DNA of 64,000 bases from Candidatus Marinacidobacterales bacterium (GCA_965237955.1 OZ250169.1:928001-992000), one strand, 5' to 3'; positions 45,609 through 56,090 are shown, counted from the first letter of the stretch. Made by a program: numbers and translations. The notes: generated from the letters alone by a model not told the origin.

Positions 45609-46797
45609 CTAGTCCCCTGGATCTTTAATTACTGTCCAAATTCGATTTGCCATGTGTATCGAGCGTTCGCTGGGCGAACCGAGCGATGGTTTCGAGGATT
45701 TGGTCGGCGGATTTCGTCCACTTGAACGGCTTTGGGTTCTCGTTGTGAGCATCGAGATAGTCTTGTATCGCAACGCGGAGCTGAGGCACGCTCGTGTGCG
45801 AGCCTCGTCGCAAGGCGTGTTCGGTGAGCAAGCCAAAGAAGCGCTCAGCGAAGTTGAGCCAAGAGGCGTGTGTCGGTGTGAAGTGAAAGTGGAAGCGAGG
45901 TCGCTTGGAAAGCCAGCATTTGATCGCCGGTGTCTTGTGCGTGGCGAGATTGTCGAGCACGACGTGGATGTCCAACTCGCTGGGAACGGCTGCTTCGATC
46001 TCAGCGAGGAACTTCTTGAACTCTAGCGCTCGATGTCGCGCGTAGCACTTTCCGAAGACTTCACCTGTTGCGGCGTCGAGTGCGGCAAACAGGTCAGTCG
46101 TTCCATGCCGAATGTAGTCGTGGGTTTGTCGCTCGGGCTGGCCCAAGCTCATGGGCAGGACAGGTTGAGCACGCTCGAGCGCTTGAATCTGCGATTTCTC
46201 GTCGACGCACAGGACGACCGCGTTATCCGGTGGGTTCATATACAGGCCAACAACGTCGCGTACTTTTTCGACCAGTTGTGGGTCTTGCGAGAGACGAAAC
46301 GATTCCGAGCGGTGCGGTTGAAGCCCGAACGTTCACCAAATACGTCCAATCGTCGAATGACTCAGCCCAAGATGCTTGGCCATCGAGCGCGTACTCCAAT
46401 GGGTTCTCCCCTTTGGAGTCGTCTCCAGCGTCTTGGTCACGACTTCCTCGATCTGGTCATCGCCGATTTTGCGAGCCGCTCCCGGCCGAGGTTCGTCGTA
46501 CAACCCTTCCATTCGTTGTTCTACAAAGCGTCTTCGCCACTTGCCCACCGTGCTCCTCATGGTGTGCATCTTCCTAGCAACTTCCATATTCGTCAGACCC
46601 GCCGCGCAATCCAGCACGATCTTCGCTCGGAAGGCTTGGTGCGGCGAACTACGGCTGCGTCGCGCCAGTCGCGTCAGCGCTTCGCTTTCTTGAGACGACA
46701 GCTTCAATTCGGCTTTTCGCCGGCCCTTGTGTTTCATGCATTTAGCAGATCACAGAAGGGCCGGTGTTGTCTAGCTTTTTCTGTTCCATGGGACTAG
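45609..46797 (-). mobile_element. IS630-family element; transposase 46737-45625 has an in-frame TGA at 46333-46335
   Basis: CTAG-flanked ends CTAGTCCCCTGGATC / CTAGTCCCATGGAAC; [27 protein letters not shown]. Confidence 0.92.
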
Positions 46798-46926
46798 TTC
46801 CCTGTATCAGAACAAACTAGATAAAGCAGAGCTTGCCGAAACCATTCTAAGTGCATGAATCTTATGAATCTTATGGGCTGGCGAAAAGCCTAACTTTGTA
46901 TAGTAATCAAAAATCCAGGGGACTAG
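46794..46926 (+). mobile_element. 133-bp IS630-derived MITE
   Basis: Both ends resemble the adjacent IS630 ends; non-coding, AT-rich, CTAG on both sides. Confidence 0.75.
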
Positions 46927-47836
46927 CCAACCTCGTGAGCGAGGCGCTACCTGACCGGAAGCCACGTGCTGTCGGTAATTTCGCGGGACAACTCGGGGCC
47001 TTCGCGCTTGCAATGCGGGAAGGTGACATTGTCGTCCTGCCACGCAAGCTCACCTCGCAGATCGCCATCGGCCGTGTGACCGGACCCTACAGATATCAGC
47101 ACTTGAACACTGAGTCGCGGCACACGCGGCCGGTGGAGTGGTTGCAACCCGACCTTCCGCGCACCACCTTCAAGCAGGACCTGCTCTATTCGTTCGGCGC
47201 GTTCATGACAGTCTGCAACATCTCGCGCCACGACGCCGCCCGGCGCGTCGTGGCCGTGCTCAAAGGCAAACCGGATCCAGGGCCTTCTGTCCCCTTGAAG
47301 AGCCCGACCGTATCGCCGCCGCCAACAGACGAAAGCGAATCCATACCAGACCTGTCGCAGGTGGCCCACGACCAGATCGTTGCCCAGATCCAGTCGCGGT
47401 TCGCTGGGCATGCGCTGGCGCGACTCGTGGATGCCGTGCTACGGGCCGATGGTTGGGTGACAAAGATCTCCCCGCCTGGACCAGACGGAGGTGTGGACAT
47501 TCTCGCGGGAAGTGGTTCACTGGGGTTGGACGTGCCACGCCTTTGTGTGCAGGTCAAGTCGCAGAACACCTCCGTCGACGTAACCGTGTACCGGACCTTA
47601 AAGGGCACTATGCATACCTTCAAAGCGGAGCAGGGGTTGCTCGTTTGTTGGGGCGGCTTCAACAAGAAGGTTCTACAGGAATCGCAGCAAAGCCACTTCA
47701 TGGTGCGTCTGTAGGACAGCAGCGATCTCGTGGGAGCCATCTATCGCAACTACGAACGACTGCCAGCGGAAATCCAGGCGGAGTTGCCGCTGAAACGGGT
47801 GTGGATGCTCGTAGTAGAAGAACCCGCGGAATAAAC

Positions 47837-49201
47837 GTGGATTTCAAACCCTACCCGACGTACAAGGACTCCGGCGTGCCGTGGCTCGGCGAGGTGCCGG
47901 CGCATTGGGAGATGGAACGCGGGAAATGGTTGTTCCGCAAGATGAATCGGCCTATCCGGGATGCCGACGAAGTCGTAACGTGCTTTCGTGACGGGATTGT
48001 CACCCTCAGAAAGAACCGGCGGGTTCGCGGCTTTACGGAATCGTTGAAGGAGATCGGCTACCAGGGAATTCGCCGGGGCGACCTTGTGATCCACGGGATG
48101 GATGCGTTTGCTGGTGCGATTGGTGTGGCCGACTCCGACGGCAAGGGCACGCCGGTCTACTCTGTTTGCAAACCTGGGCTGACAGCGAACGCTCCGTACT
48201 ACGCCTATGCGTTGCGCGAAATGGCACGGAGCCAGTGGATTCAGGCGCTCGCAAAGGGGATTCGCGAGAGGTCAACCGACTTTCGATTTGAGGGTTTCGG
48301 TTCACAGCCGGTCCCACTTCCCCCCCGCACCGAACAAGCCGCCATCGTCCGCTTCCTCGACTACGCCGACCGCCGCATCCGGCGCTACATCCGCGCCAAG
48401 CAGAAGCTGATCACGCTGCTGGAGGAGCAAAAGCGGGCCATCATCCACCAAGCCGTCACCGGCCAGATCGACGTCCGCACCGGCCAGCCCTATCCGGCTT
48501 ACAAGCCCTCCGGCGTGGAGTGGCTGGGGGATGTGCCGGAGCATTGGGAGGTGCGGCGGCTCAAGACTGTTTGCGGCATGAAGAGTGGGGACGGCATTAC
48601 CGCAATGTCGATTGAGCCTGCAGGGGAGTACCCTGTCTATGGCGGAAATGGACTGAGAGGTTATACATCAAGCTACACCCACGATGGAAACTTCGCGTTG
48701 ATTGGCAGACAGGGCGCGCTATGTGGAAATGTCCATATCGCTCAAGGGCGATTCTGGGCTTCGGAGCACGCGGTGGTTGCGACTGTCCATTCTGGTCACG
48801 CCCTTGAGTGGTTCGGGGCCATCCTGGGAGTCATGAATCTGAACCAGTATTCGATCGCCGCTGCCCAGCCAGGGCTGTCTGTCGAGCGAGTGCTGAACCT
48901 CTGGTTACCCGTACCTCCTTCAGAGGAACAAGCAGTCATCACAACATCTATTGAACAGCAAACCGCTGGTACCGACACCGCCATCGATCGCGCTAGGCGC
49001 CAAATCAACCTCCTCCGCGAGTACCGCACCCGCCTGATCGCCGACGTGGTCACCGGCAAGCTCGACGTGCGCGAGGCGGCCTCCCGGCTGCCGGACGAGG
49101 TCGAAGAACCGGAGCTACTCGACGAGACCGATGCCCTCACCGAGGGCGAAGAAGAGCCCACCGACGACCTCGCCGCCGCCCCCGAGGAGGCCGCGGTGTG
49201 A
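47837..49201 (+). CDS. hsdS: Type I restriction-modification specificity subunit
   Basis: Two PYP.YK.SGV.WLG.VP.HWE repeats, two P.PP..EQ..I helices, IADVVTGKLDVR; GTG start. Confidence 0.93.
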   Translation: MDFKPYPTYKDSGVPWLGEVPAHWEMERGKWLFRKMNRPIRDADEVVTCFRDGIVTLRKNRRVRGFTESLKEIGYQGIRRGDLVIHGMDAFAGAIGVADSDGKGTPVYSVCKPGLTANAPYYAYALREMARSQWIQALAKGIRERSTDFRFEGFGSQPVPLPPRTEQAAIVRFLDYADRRIRRYIRAKQKLITLLEEQKRAIIHQAVTGQIDVRTGQPYPAYKPSGVEWLGDVPEHWEVRRLKTVCGMKSGDGITAMSIEPAGEYPVYGGNGLRGYTSSYTHDGNFALIGRQGALCGNVHIAQGRFWASEHAVVATVHSGHALEWFGAILGVMNLNQYSIAAAQPGLSVERVLNLWLPVPPSEEQAVITTSIEQQTAGTDTAIDRARRQINLLREYRTRLIADVVTGKLDVREAASRLPDEVEEPELLDETDALTEGEEEPTDDLAAAPEEAAV

Positions 49202-52197
49202 CAACCGACACCAGCGAACGCGGCCTCGAACGGCTGATCTGCACCGTCCTGACTGGCAGTCCCTGCGATGCCGGGTTGGCACAGGGTGACCCAGAAAGGG
49301 AAGCCGCCACTCTCTCGGGTGGGGTCGGCTGGATCTGCGGCGACCCGAACGACTACGACCGCGAGTACACGGTCGATCTGGCGCAGCTGCTCGCCTTCCT
49401 CATAGAGACGCAACTGGATGCGTTCGAGGGCCTGGGCCTCGAAGACGATGGCCCAGCGCGCCGGAAGTTCCTTGCGCGCCTCCAGGGCGAGGTCAGCAAG
49501 CGCGGCATCATCGACGTACTCCGCAAAGGGGTCAAGGACGGGCCGTATCACGTCGAGCTCTTCTACGGCACGCCGTCTCCCGGCAACCCCCTCGCCGCTG
49601 AACGCTACGCCCAGAACCGCTTCTCGGTCACGCGCCAGCTCCGCTACAGCCGTGACGAGACCCAGCGGGCGCTCGACCTAGGGCTCTTCATCAACGGCCT
49701 GCCGGTTGCCACGTTCGAGCTGAAGAACAGCCTCACCAAGCAGACGGTCGAGGACGCCACAGAGCAGTACAAGCGTGACCGCGACCCCCGTGAGAAGCTC
49801 TTCGAGTTCGGCCGCTGCGTGGCGCACTTCGCGGTGGACGACCACGAGGTGCGGTTCTGCACCCGCCTCATGGGCAAGGGCTCGTGGTTCCTGCCCTTCA
49901 ACCAGGGCTGGAACGACGGCGCAGGCAACCCGCCGAACCCGAACGGCCTCAAGACCGACTACCTCTGGACGCGCCTGCTCACCCGCGACGGGCTGACCGA
50001 CATCCTGGAGAACTATGTGCAGGTCGTCGAGACCAAGGATGAGAAGACGGGTAAGAAGAGGAGGAAGCAGATCTGGCCGCGCTACCACCAGCTCGACGTG
50101 GTGCGCCGGCTCTTGGCCGACACGCGCCAGCACGGCGCAGGGAAGCGGTATCTCATCCAGCATTCGGCCGGTAGCGGGAAGTCGAACTCCATCGCCTGGC
50201 TCGCCCACCAGTTGATTGGGTTGCGGAAGGACGCTGCCGGGGTGTTCGACTCCATCATCGTGGTCACCGACCGCCGCATCCTCGACCGGCAGATTTGCGA
50301 CACGATCAAGCTGTTCGCTCAGGTCGGGGCCACCGTCGGCCATGCCGAACGCTCGGCTAACCTCCGCACGTTTATCGAGAGCGGCAAGAAGATCATCATC
50401 TCAACGGTGCAGAAGTTCCCGTTCATCCTCGACGAGATTGGGAACGAGCAGCGGGGCCGGCGCTTCGCCATCATCATTGACGAGGCGCATTCGAGCCAGA
50501 CCGGCAGGACCTCGGCAGCGGTCAGCATGGCGCTCTCCGAGGCGGGCGCTGCCGAGGACGATGAGACCACCGAGGACGCGGTCAACCGCATCATGGCCGC
50601 GCGGAAGCTTCTCCCGAACGCGAGCTACTTCGCCTTCACCGCTACGCCCAAGAACAAGACGCTGGAGATCTTCGGCGAGGCGTACGACGCGGGCGGGCAG
50701 ACCAGGCACCGCCCCTTCCACAGCTACACCATGAAGCAGGCGATCCAGGAGGGCTTTATCCTGGACGTGCTGCGGTACTACACGCCGGTCGAGAGCTACT
50801 ACAAGCTCATCAAGAAGGTCGAGGATGATCCCGAGTTCGACACGAAGCGCGCCCGGAAGAAGCTGCGCCGCTACGTCGAGATCCACGATTATGCCATCCG
50901 GCTCAAGGCCGAGATCATGGTGGACCACTTCCACGAACAGGTGCTGGCGCTCAACAAGATCGGTGGCAAGGCACGCGCGGTGGTGGTGACGGGCGGCATC
51001 GAGCGCGCGATTCAGTATTACCATGCAATCCGGCAGTACCTCCTGGAGCGCAAGAGCCGGTATCAGGCCATCGTCGCCTTCTCAGGCGAGCACGAGTATG
51101 GCGGGATACAGGTCAGTGAGTCGTCCCTCAATGGCTTCCCGTCCGGGCGGATCGCCGACAAGATCCAGCAGGACCCGTATCGGTTCCTCATTTGTGCCGA
51201 CAAGTTTCAGACCGGGTACGACGAGCCGCTGTTGCACACGATGTACGTAGACAAGATCTTGTCCGGGATCAAGGCGGTCCAGACGCTGTCGCGTCTCAAT
51301 CGAGCGCACCCGCAGAAACACGACGCGTTCGTGCTCGACTTCATGAACGATGCCGACACCATCCAAGAGGCGTTCGCTGACTACTACCGGACGACGGTCC
51401 TGAGTGAGGAGACGGACCCCAACAAGCTGCACGACCTCAAGGCCGCGCTCGACGGCTATCAGGTGTATGCCGACGCAGAGATCGACCAGCTCGTGACGCT
51501 CTACCTGGATGGGGCGGACCGCGACCAGCTCGACCCCATCCTCGACGCCTGCGTCGCGGTCTACAAGGAGCAGCTCGACGAGGACGGGCAGGTGGACTTC
51601 AAGGGCAAGGCCAAGGCGTTCGAGCGCGCGTACGGCTTCCTCGCCTCAATCCTGCCGTACAAGAACGCCGAGTGGGAGAAGCTCTCTATCTTCCTGAACT
51701 TCCTCGTGCCGAAGCTCCCCGCGCCCGTGGAAGAGGATCTGTCCAAAGGCATCCTTGAGTCCATCGACATGGACAGCTACCGGGTTGAGAAGAAGACGGC
51801 GATACACGTCCAACTGGCGGACGAGGATGCTGAGATCCAGCCGGTTCCGACTAACGGCGGCGGCCACAGACCGGACCCCGAACTCGACCGCCTCTCGAAC
51901 ATCCTCAAGAGCTTTAACGACCAGTTCGGGAATATCCCCTGGACCGACGGCGATCATGTCCACCGACTCATCACGGAGGACATCCCGAACCGCGTGGCGG
52001 CTGACCGGGCCTATCAGAACGCCAAGCAGAACTCCGACAAGCAGAACGCGCGGATCGAGCACGACAAGGCACTTCGGCGGGTGATGACGGCACTGCTGAA
52101 GGATGACACGGAGTTGTTCAAGCAGTTCAGCGACAACGAGTCGTTCCGGCGGTGGCTGACGGACACGATCTTCGCGATCACCTACAAGGCCGCGTAG
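49198..52197 (+). CDS. hsdR: Type I restriction endonuclease subunit R
   Basis: TFELKN, QHSAGSGKS, IDEAHSSQ, FTATPK, KFQTGYDEP, QTLSRLNR. Confidence 0.95.
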   Translation: MTTDTSERGLERLICTVLTGSPCDAGLAQGDPEREAATLSGGVGWICGDPNDYDREYTVDLAQLLAFLIETQLDAFEGLGLEDDGPARRKFLARLQGEVSKRGIIDVLRKGVKDGPYHVELFYGTPSPGNPLAAERYAQNRFSVTRQLRYSRDETQRALDLGLFINGLPVATFELKNSLTKQTVEDATEQYKRDRDPREKLFEFGRCVAHFAVDDHEVRFCTRLMGKGSWFLPFNQGWNDGAGNPPNPNGLKTDYLWTRLLTRDGLTDILENYVQVVETKDEKTGKKRRKQIWPRYHQLDVVRRLLADTRQHGAGKRYLIQHSAGSGKSNSIAWLAHQLIGLRKDAAGVFDSIIVVTDRRILDRQICDTIKLFAQVGATVGHAERSANLRTFIESGKKIIISTVQKFPFILDEIGNEQRGRRFAIIIDEAHSSQTGRTSAAVSMALSEAGAAEDDETTEDAVNRIMAARKLLPNASYFAFTATPKNKTLEIFGEAYDAGGQTRHRPFHSYTMKQAIQEGFILDVLRYYTPVESYYKLIKKVEDDPEFDTKRARKKLRRYVEIHDYAIRLKAEIMVDHFHEQVLALNKIGGKARAVVVTGGIERAIQYYHAIRQYLLERKSRYQAIVAFSGEHEYGGIQVSESSLNGFPSGRIADKIQQDPYRFLICADKFQTGYDEPLLHTMYVDKILSGIKAVQTLSRLNRAHPQKHDAFVLDFMNDADTIQEAFADYYRTTVLSEETDPNKLHDLKAALDGYQVYADAEIDQLVTLYLDGADRDQLDPILDACVAVYKEQLDEDGQVDFKGKAKAFERAYGFLASILPYKNAEWEKLSIFLNFLVPKLPAPVEEDLSKGILESIDMDSYRVEKKTAIHVQLADEDAEIQPVPTNGGGHRPDPELDRLSNILKSFNDQFGNIPWTDGDHVHRLITEDIPNRVAADRAYQNAKQNSDKQNARIEHDKALRRVMTALLKDDTELFKQFSDNESFRRWLTDTIFAITYKAA

Positions 52198-52249
52198 GAG
52201 GTGCGGGGGCTCGGGCTCCCGAGCTGGCTGACGATGGAGGGTGCGCGCG

Positions 52250-52370
52250 GACCCTCTCAAGCATTGCCGGACCCTGATTGAGGCCGAATCCGAGGCAAGT
52301 AAGGACACTAAGGAGGTCCAGGCCCACCTGGACCAGAACGTGCTAGCCCGCTACGCTGCGGTAGCCCAGG
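52250..52370 (+). pseudogene. Possible C-terminal remnant of a second HsdM
   Basis: LIEAESEASKDTKEVQAHLDQNVLARY resembles the C-terminal extension of long HsdM proteins. Confidence 0.35.
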
Positions 52371-53477
52371 TCTCGATTCTGGGCCTTTCGGGCGGCCTCT
52401 CTTCCGCCGCCGCACGGGCCGGTCCGCGCCCGTTCTCCTATTGGGCGCAAACGTGGCACTCGAAAATCGAGATTAGAGACGAAAACCGAAAATGAGGCCC
52501 GTTCCGCCCTTCTAGCGGGTCTCTGGTGCCACCTATCCCTGCAAAACCCCGCCAACCGCGCGGAAAATCTCACGCGTCTCTGCAGTGCCACAATTGGCTA
52601 GACTGGGTGGCGGATGGTGCAGGTTGGAGCTATCCGGTCTCGGCAAAAGGCGGTCCAGCTTTTGGCGGAAATCCTCAAAAAGAAAAGTAAGTGGAGATTC
52701 AGGAGGTTTCGAGTTTCGCGCATTTCTTGACTTTTTTGACGCGTACACAGGTTTTACGAGAAGGCTGTTTTACGCCCTCTCGGGTTTCAACCATGATGCC
52801 AATTTCGTTCCATCCTGTTTCCCTACAGTGATTTAACGGCCTCCGTCACGTGCTGGTCCCCGCACGCATTATCGACGGGTGGTCGTTCGAGCCGGAATTT
52901 TAATTGGCTTTAATCAGATTTTCTATACGGCAATTTCAACCTCCTGGACGCCTGAAAGAAGGCCGTGTCGTGAACCCTCCGGCGCCACCGCCGGCCGTTA
53001 CTCATTGTTATAAAAAGCTTTACGTCTCATCAGCGAATATTCGTCGACGGGAACATCTTTCCAGCTATCGCAGTCGGGAGGCTTGAGTGGGGGCGAGTGG
53101 GAGCTTCCGGTTCTTGGCTGGAAACGATCAGAAACAGAGCAAAACAGGTCCTTAGCGTGCAATTTGGGGCGATTTTGGGGCTTATCGTGTCGTTTTTCCA
53201 CTTAATCGCGCAGACAATGAGAAGACGCTCTACGCCTAGATCGCGCCTGAGGAGAAGGCAAATGGCGGAATTCGAATTGGCCAAACCTCGAATTCATCCA
53301 GTGGAGTTTTACGGAGGAAACGAAGATGACTCCGCAGACGGTCCAGTACAAGGAGCTATCCGAGTCTGGAAACCATGACAGGGAATTTGGGCCAGTTTGA
53401 GGCTGATTGGTGGAGGCCAGTGTCGGAGAGCAGCTTGCTGCTAACCGAGCCCATTCACGAAGTGGGCGCTGGCAGGC

Positions 53478-55139
53478 TCACAGCGTTTTGACGAGCACTC
53501 GCTGTTTCTCCCAATCGTCGGGAAGTGGATGATGCAAGAGGTAGCTCGAGGTCAGCCCAACGGGCTGGCGGCCTTCGACAATGGCGCGGACGATGTCGGG
53601 AGCCAGGAAGGCATAACGGATTGCCTTGCGCACGCGGTCCGTTGGGATGGCGTTTTCGGTGGCAATCTGCTCATAGGTTTTGCCTGCTTTGATTCGGTCG
53701 AGCCAGGAGCGGGCGTTTCTGATATTGCGCAGGAGTGTGCGGTCGACGGATTTCGTGGGGTTGCCCAGAACGAGCTTGGTCTCGACGCTGCGTCGACGCA
53801 AGCGGAACGGTGCGAGGATGCGGAGTGCATCCTCGCGAATGCGTTCGGGTCCCATAGAGAGGCAAGCAGCGAACGCATTGCGGTCGAGCAGGATGGACAC
53901 AGAGCCGGGGCTGATGTCGACCCGCCGGATAAGACGGAGCAGGGGGGCTGCCGAGGCACTATCATCATTACTACCGGAACACAGCCCGTCTAAAAAGCGA
54001 CGCACCGAGGCGAGCTCTTGCATCGTCGGAGTGTGGATCAACGAGGCCGAGAAGGTCGTGGCATCCACATGCTGTCGGATGAGATGCACGGCGGTCTGTT
54101 CCAGCATCGGGGCGGGCAGTCGCCAGCCGGAGAGGTCCTTTTGGCCACTGTGCTGGATGAGGCGCCGGGAGACGTAGTAGCGGAGCCGTTGCCCGTTTTT
54201 CTTTTTGGTGTGGCTCGGCGTCAGCCGGTCCCCGGTCTCGTCGAAGAGCTTGCCTGCCAGTGGGGAACGGGCGGCACGGCCCTTCGTCGTGCGTCTCCTT
54301 GGTTTGGCAGCCCCTGCCTGCAGCTGCGTTTGGACCGCGTCCCAGAGCTCCGGAGCAATGATCGATGGATGCTGGCCCTCGTAGACACGCCTCTGGTGCC
54401 GGATGCGGCCGGCGTAGAGAGGATTGGTCAGCAGGCAGTGGAGGTGTCCGCGACGGAACGGCAGCCCGCCCGTTCGGGTTCCATCCGCGGTGAAGCGTTG
54501 CTTGGTACGCAGTCTCAGACGGTCCGCCTCGGCCTTCACCTGCCGGAGCGTTTCGTGCTTTCGGTACAGCGCATAGAGCGTCCGGACCGTTTCGGCCTCA
54601 GCCTCGTTGATGCGCAGCGTGCGCCCGTCCTTCTCATAGCCGAGCGGTACGCGGCCGCCCATCCATAGTCCCTTGCGCTTGGAGGCAGCGACCTTATCGC
54701 GGATCCGCTCGGCCGTGACCTCGCGTTCGAATTGTGCGAAGGACAGCAGCATATGCAGCGTCAGTCGTCCCATGCTGGTCGCGGTGTTGAAGGACTGAGT
54801 CACCGAGACGAAAACCGCGCCGGCCGCCTCGAGCCGCTCGACGAGCTTTGCAAAGTCGGAGAGGGAACGGGTCAGCCGGTCGACCTTGTAGACCACAATC
54901 TGGTCGACGAGACCTGCGTCGATGTCGGCGAGCAAGCGCTGGAGGCCCGGGCGCTCCAGGGTTCCTCCCGAGATCCCCGCGTCCTCGTAGACGGTTGGCA
55001 GCAGCACCCAGCCCTCCGCCTTGTGGCTCGCGACATACGCGGCGCAGGCCTCTCGCTGCGCATCGAGGGAGTTGAACTCCTGTTCGAGACCCTCTTCCGC
55101 GCTCTTTCGCGTATAGATGGCGCAACGGATTTTCTTCAT
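53478..55139 (-). CDS. Large serine recombinase (resolvase + recombinase domains)
   Basis: CAIYTRKS...NSLDAQREAC, VYKVDRLTRS, SFAQFEREVTAERIRDK, NPLYAG. Confidence 0.95.
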   Translation of the reverse strand: MKKIRCAIYTRKSAEEGLEQEFNSLDAQREACAAYVASHKAEGWVLLPTVYEDAGISGGTLERPGLQRLLADIDAGLVDQIVVYKVDRLTRSLSDFAKLVERLEAAGAVFVSVTQSFNTATSMGRLTLHMLLSFAQFEREVTAERIRDKVAASKRKGLWMGGRVPLGYEKDGRTLRINEAEAETVRTLYALYRKHETLRQVKAEADRLRLRTKQRFTADGTRTGGLPFRRGHLHCLLTNPLYAGRIRHQRRVYEGQHPSIIAPELWDAVQTQLQAGAAKPRRRTTKGRAARSPLAGKLFDETGDRLTPSHTKKKNGQRLRYYVSRRLIQHSGQKDLSGWRLPAPMLEQTAVHLIRQHVDATTFSASLIHTPTMQELASVRRFLDGLCSGSNDDSASAAPLLRLIRRVDISPGSVSILLDRNAFAACLSMGPERIREDALRILAPFRLRRRSVETKLVLGNPTKSVDRTLLRNIRNARSWLDRIKAGKTYEQIATENAIPTDRVRKAIRYAFLAPDIVRAIVEGRQPVGLTSSYLLHHPLPDDWEKQRVLVKTL

Positions 55140-55140
55140 G

Positions 55141-55578
55141 TTAGGCCTTGCGCTTGGGCGTCAGACCGAAAAAGCGTGGTCCTGACCAGTGGGTGCCGGT
55201 GATTCGCTTTGCGATGGTAGTGAGGGACGGATAGGTTTTGCCATCGAACCGATAGCCGTTGTCGATTACCTCGACCTGGTAGGTCCGGCCATTCCACTCG
55301 CGGACGAGATGGGTGCCGGCAGAAACGGACCCTGCGGGAGCGGCGGCGCCGTTGCCTGGCGTCCCGTTCGCCATGGCGGCCAGAGCGCGCCGGGTTGCGG
55401 CCGAAAGCCCGCCATGAGTCCGGCACTGGCGTTCGTACGCCAGAACACGGCACAGGAAAACGCGAGAGAGCGAGCGTGGGGGAGCAGCCCCGAAGGCCTG
55501 CTCCCAGACCCGCTGTAAGCTGGCGAAGTCCAAACCGTCCAAAACGACGTTCCGGCCAACCCCTGTATTCTGCGGCAT
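55141..55578 (-). CDS. DUF2924 domain protein
   Basis: GTHLVREWNG, YPSLTTIAKRITGTHWSGPRFFGL; directly upstream of the recombinase. Confidence 0.9.
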   Translation of the reverse strand: MPQNTGVGRNVVLDGLDFASLQRVWEQAFGAAPPRSLSRVFLCRVLAYERQCRTHGGLSAATRRALAAMANGTPGNGAAAPAGSVSAGTHLVREWNGRTYQVEVIDNGYRFDGKTYPSLTTIAKRITGTHWSGPRFFGLTPKRKA

Positions 55579-55695
55579 CACCGAACGTTCGCTCTTGTGC
55601 TCGATAAAGTCCAGTCTAATGAGGGGCTTCCGGGTGCGCAGTCCGCTGCCCGCAGCTCGCCCCGCAGCCCAAGGGTCGGCGGATTCCAAGGGCGT

Positions 55696-56090
55696 CTAAG
55701 CTGCTGATTTGTGGTCTATTTCAAGAGGGCCGAGTTTTGGCACAGGACGCGGTTCTCCTCTTGCTGGTAGTCGATCACATCCTGCTGCTGGCGGTTGACC
55801 CAGCCAGCTAGAACGAGCAGTAGGAATTGCGCGTGGTACGTCATCATGGATCTGAAGATAACACCCTCGGGCCAGACGATTGTAAAGCCTACGGCCCTTG
55901 GCCCGGTCGCAAACACAGACACTAAGCTGCTGATTTATGGTCTATTTCAAAAGGGCCGAGTTTTGGCACAGGACGGGGTCGGAAGCCAGCCCTGCGGCGC
56001 GAAATACCCTCGATTCTGCGCGGATTCCAAGGGCGTCTAAGCTGCTGATTTGTGGTCTATTTCAAAAGGGTCGAGTTTTGGCACAGGACG
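55696..56090. repeat. Three 54-bp direct repeats (55696-55749, 55922-55975, 56037-56090), interpreted as rve-element termini
   Basis: CTAAGCTGCTGATTTRTGGTCTATTTCAARAGGGYCGAGTTTTGGCACAGGACG; first spacer is the 5' end of the rve transposase gene. Confidence 0.9.

Larger units (their letters stand above)
45471..47834 (+). pseudogene. mrr: Mrr-like (type IV) restriction endonuclease, split by IS630 and with TAG at 47712-47714
   Basis: YLVRAGRNGE N-terminus; GPDGGVDI...VQVK Mrr_cat motif; excising 45613-46926 restores DELANL in frame. Confidence 0.88.

Noticed and set aside
47138-49201. 687-aa HsdS with a novel N-terminal domain (and 751-aa HsdM from 43213)
   Set aside because: The extensions are open off-frames over the mrr gene or intergenic DNA; homology-like sequence starts at GTG 47837 and ATG 43486
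52853-52885. CTGGTCCCCGCACGC...GGGTGGTCG resembling a type I-E CRISPR repeat
   Set aside because: Single copy, palindrome broken by the central bases, no second repeat at spacer distance
55696-56090. Triple direct repeat as a CRISPR array
   Set aside because: 54-bp unit, spacers of 172 and 61 bp, no I-E palindrome; better explained as transposon ends
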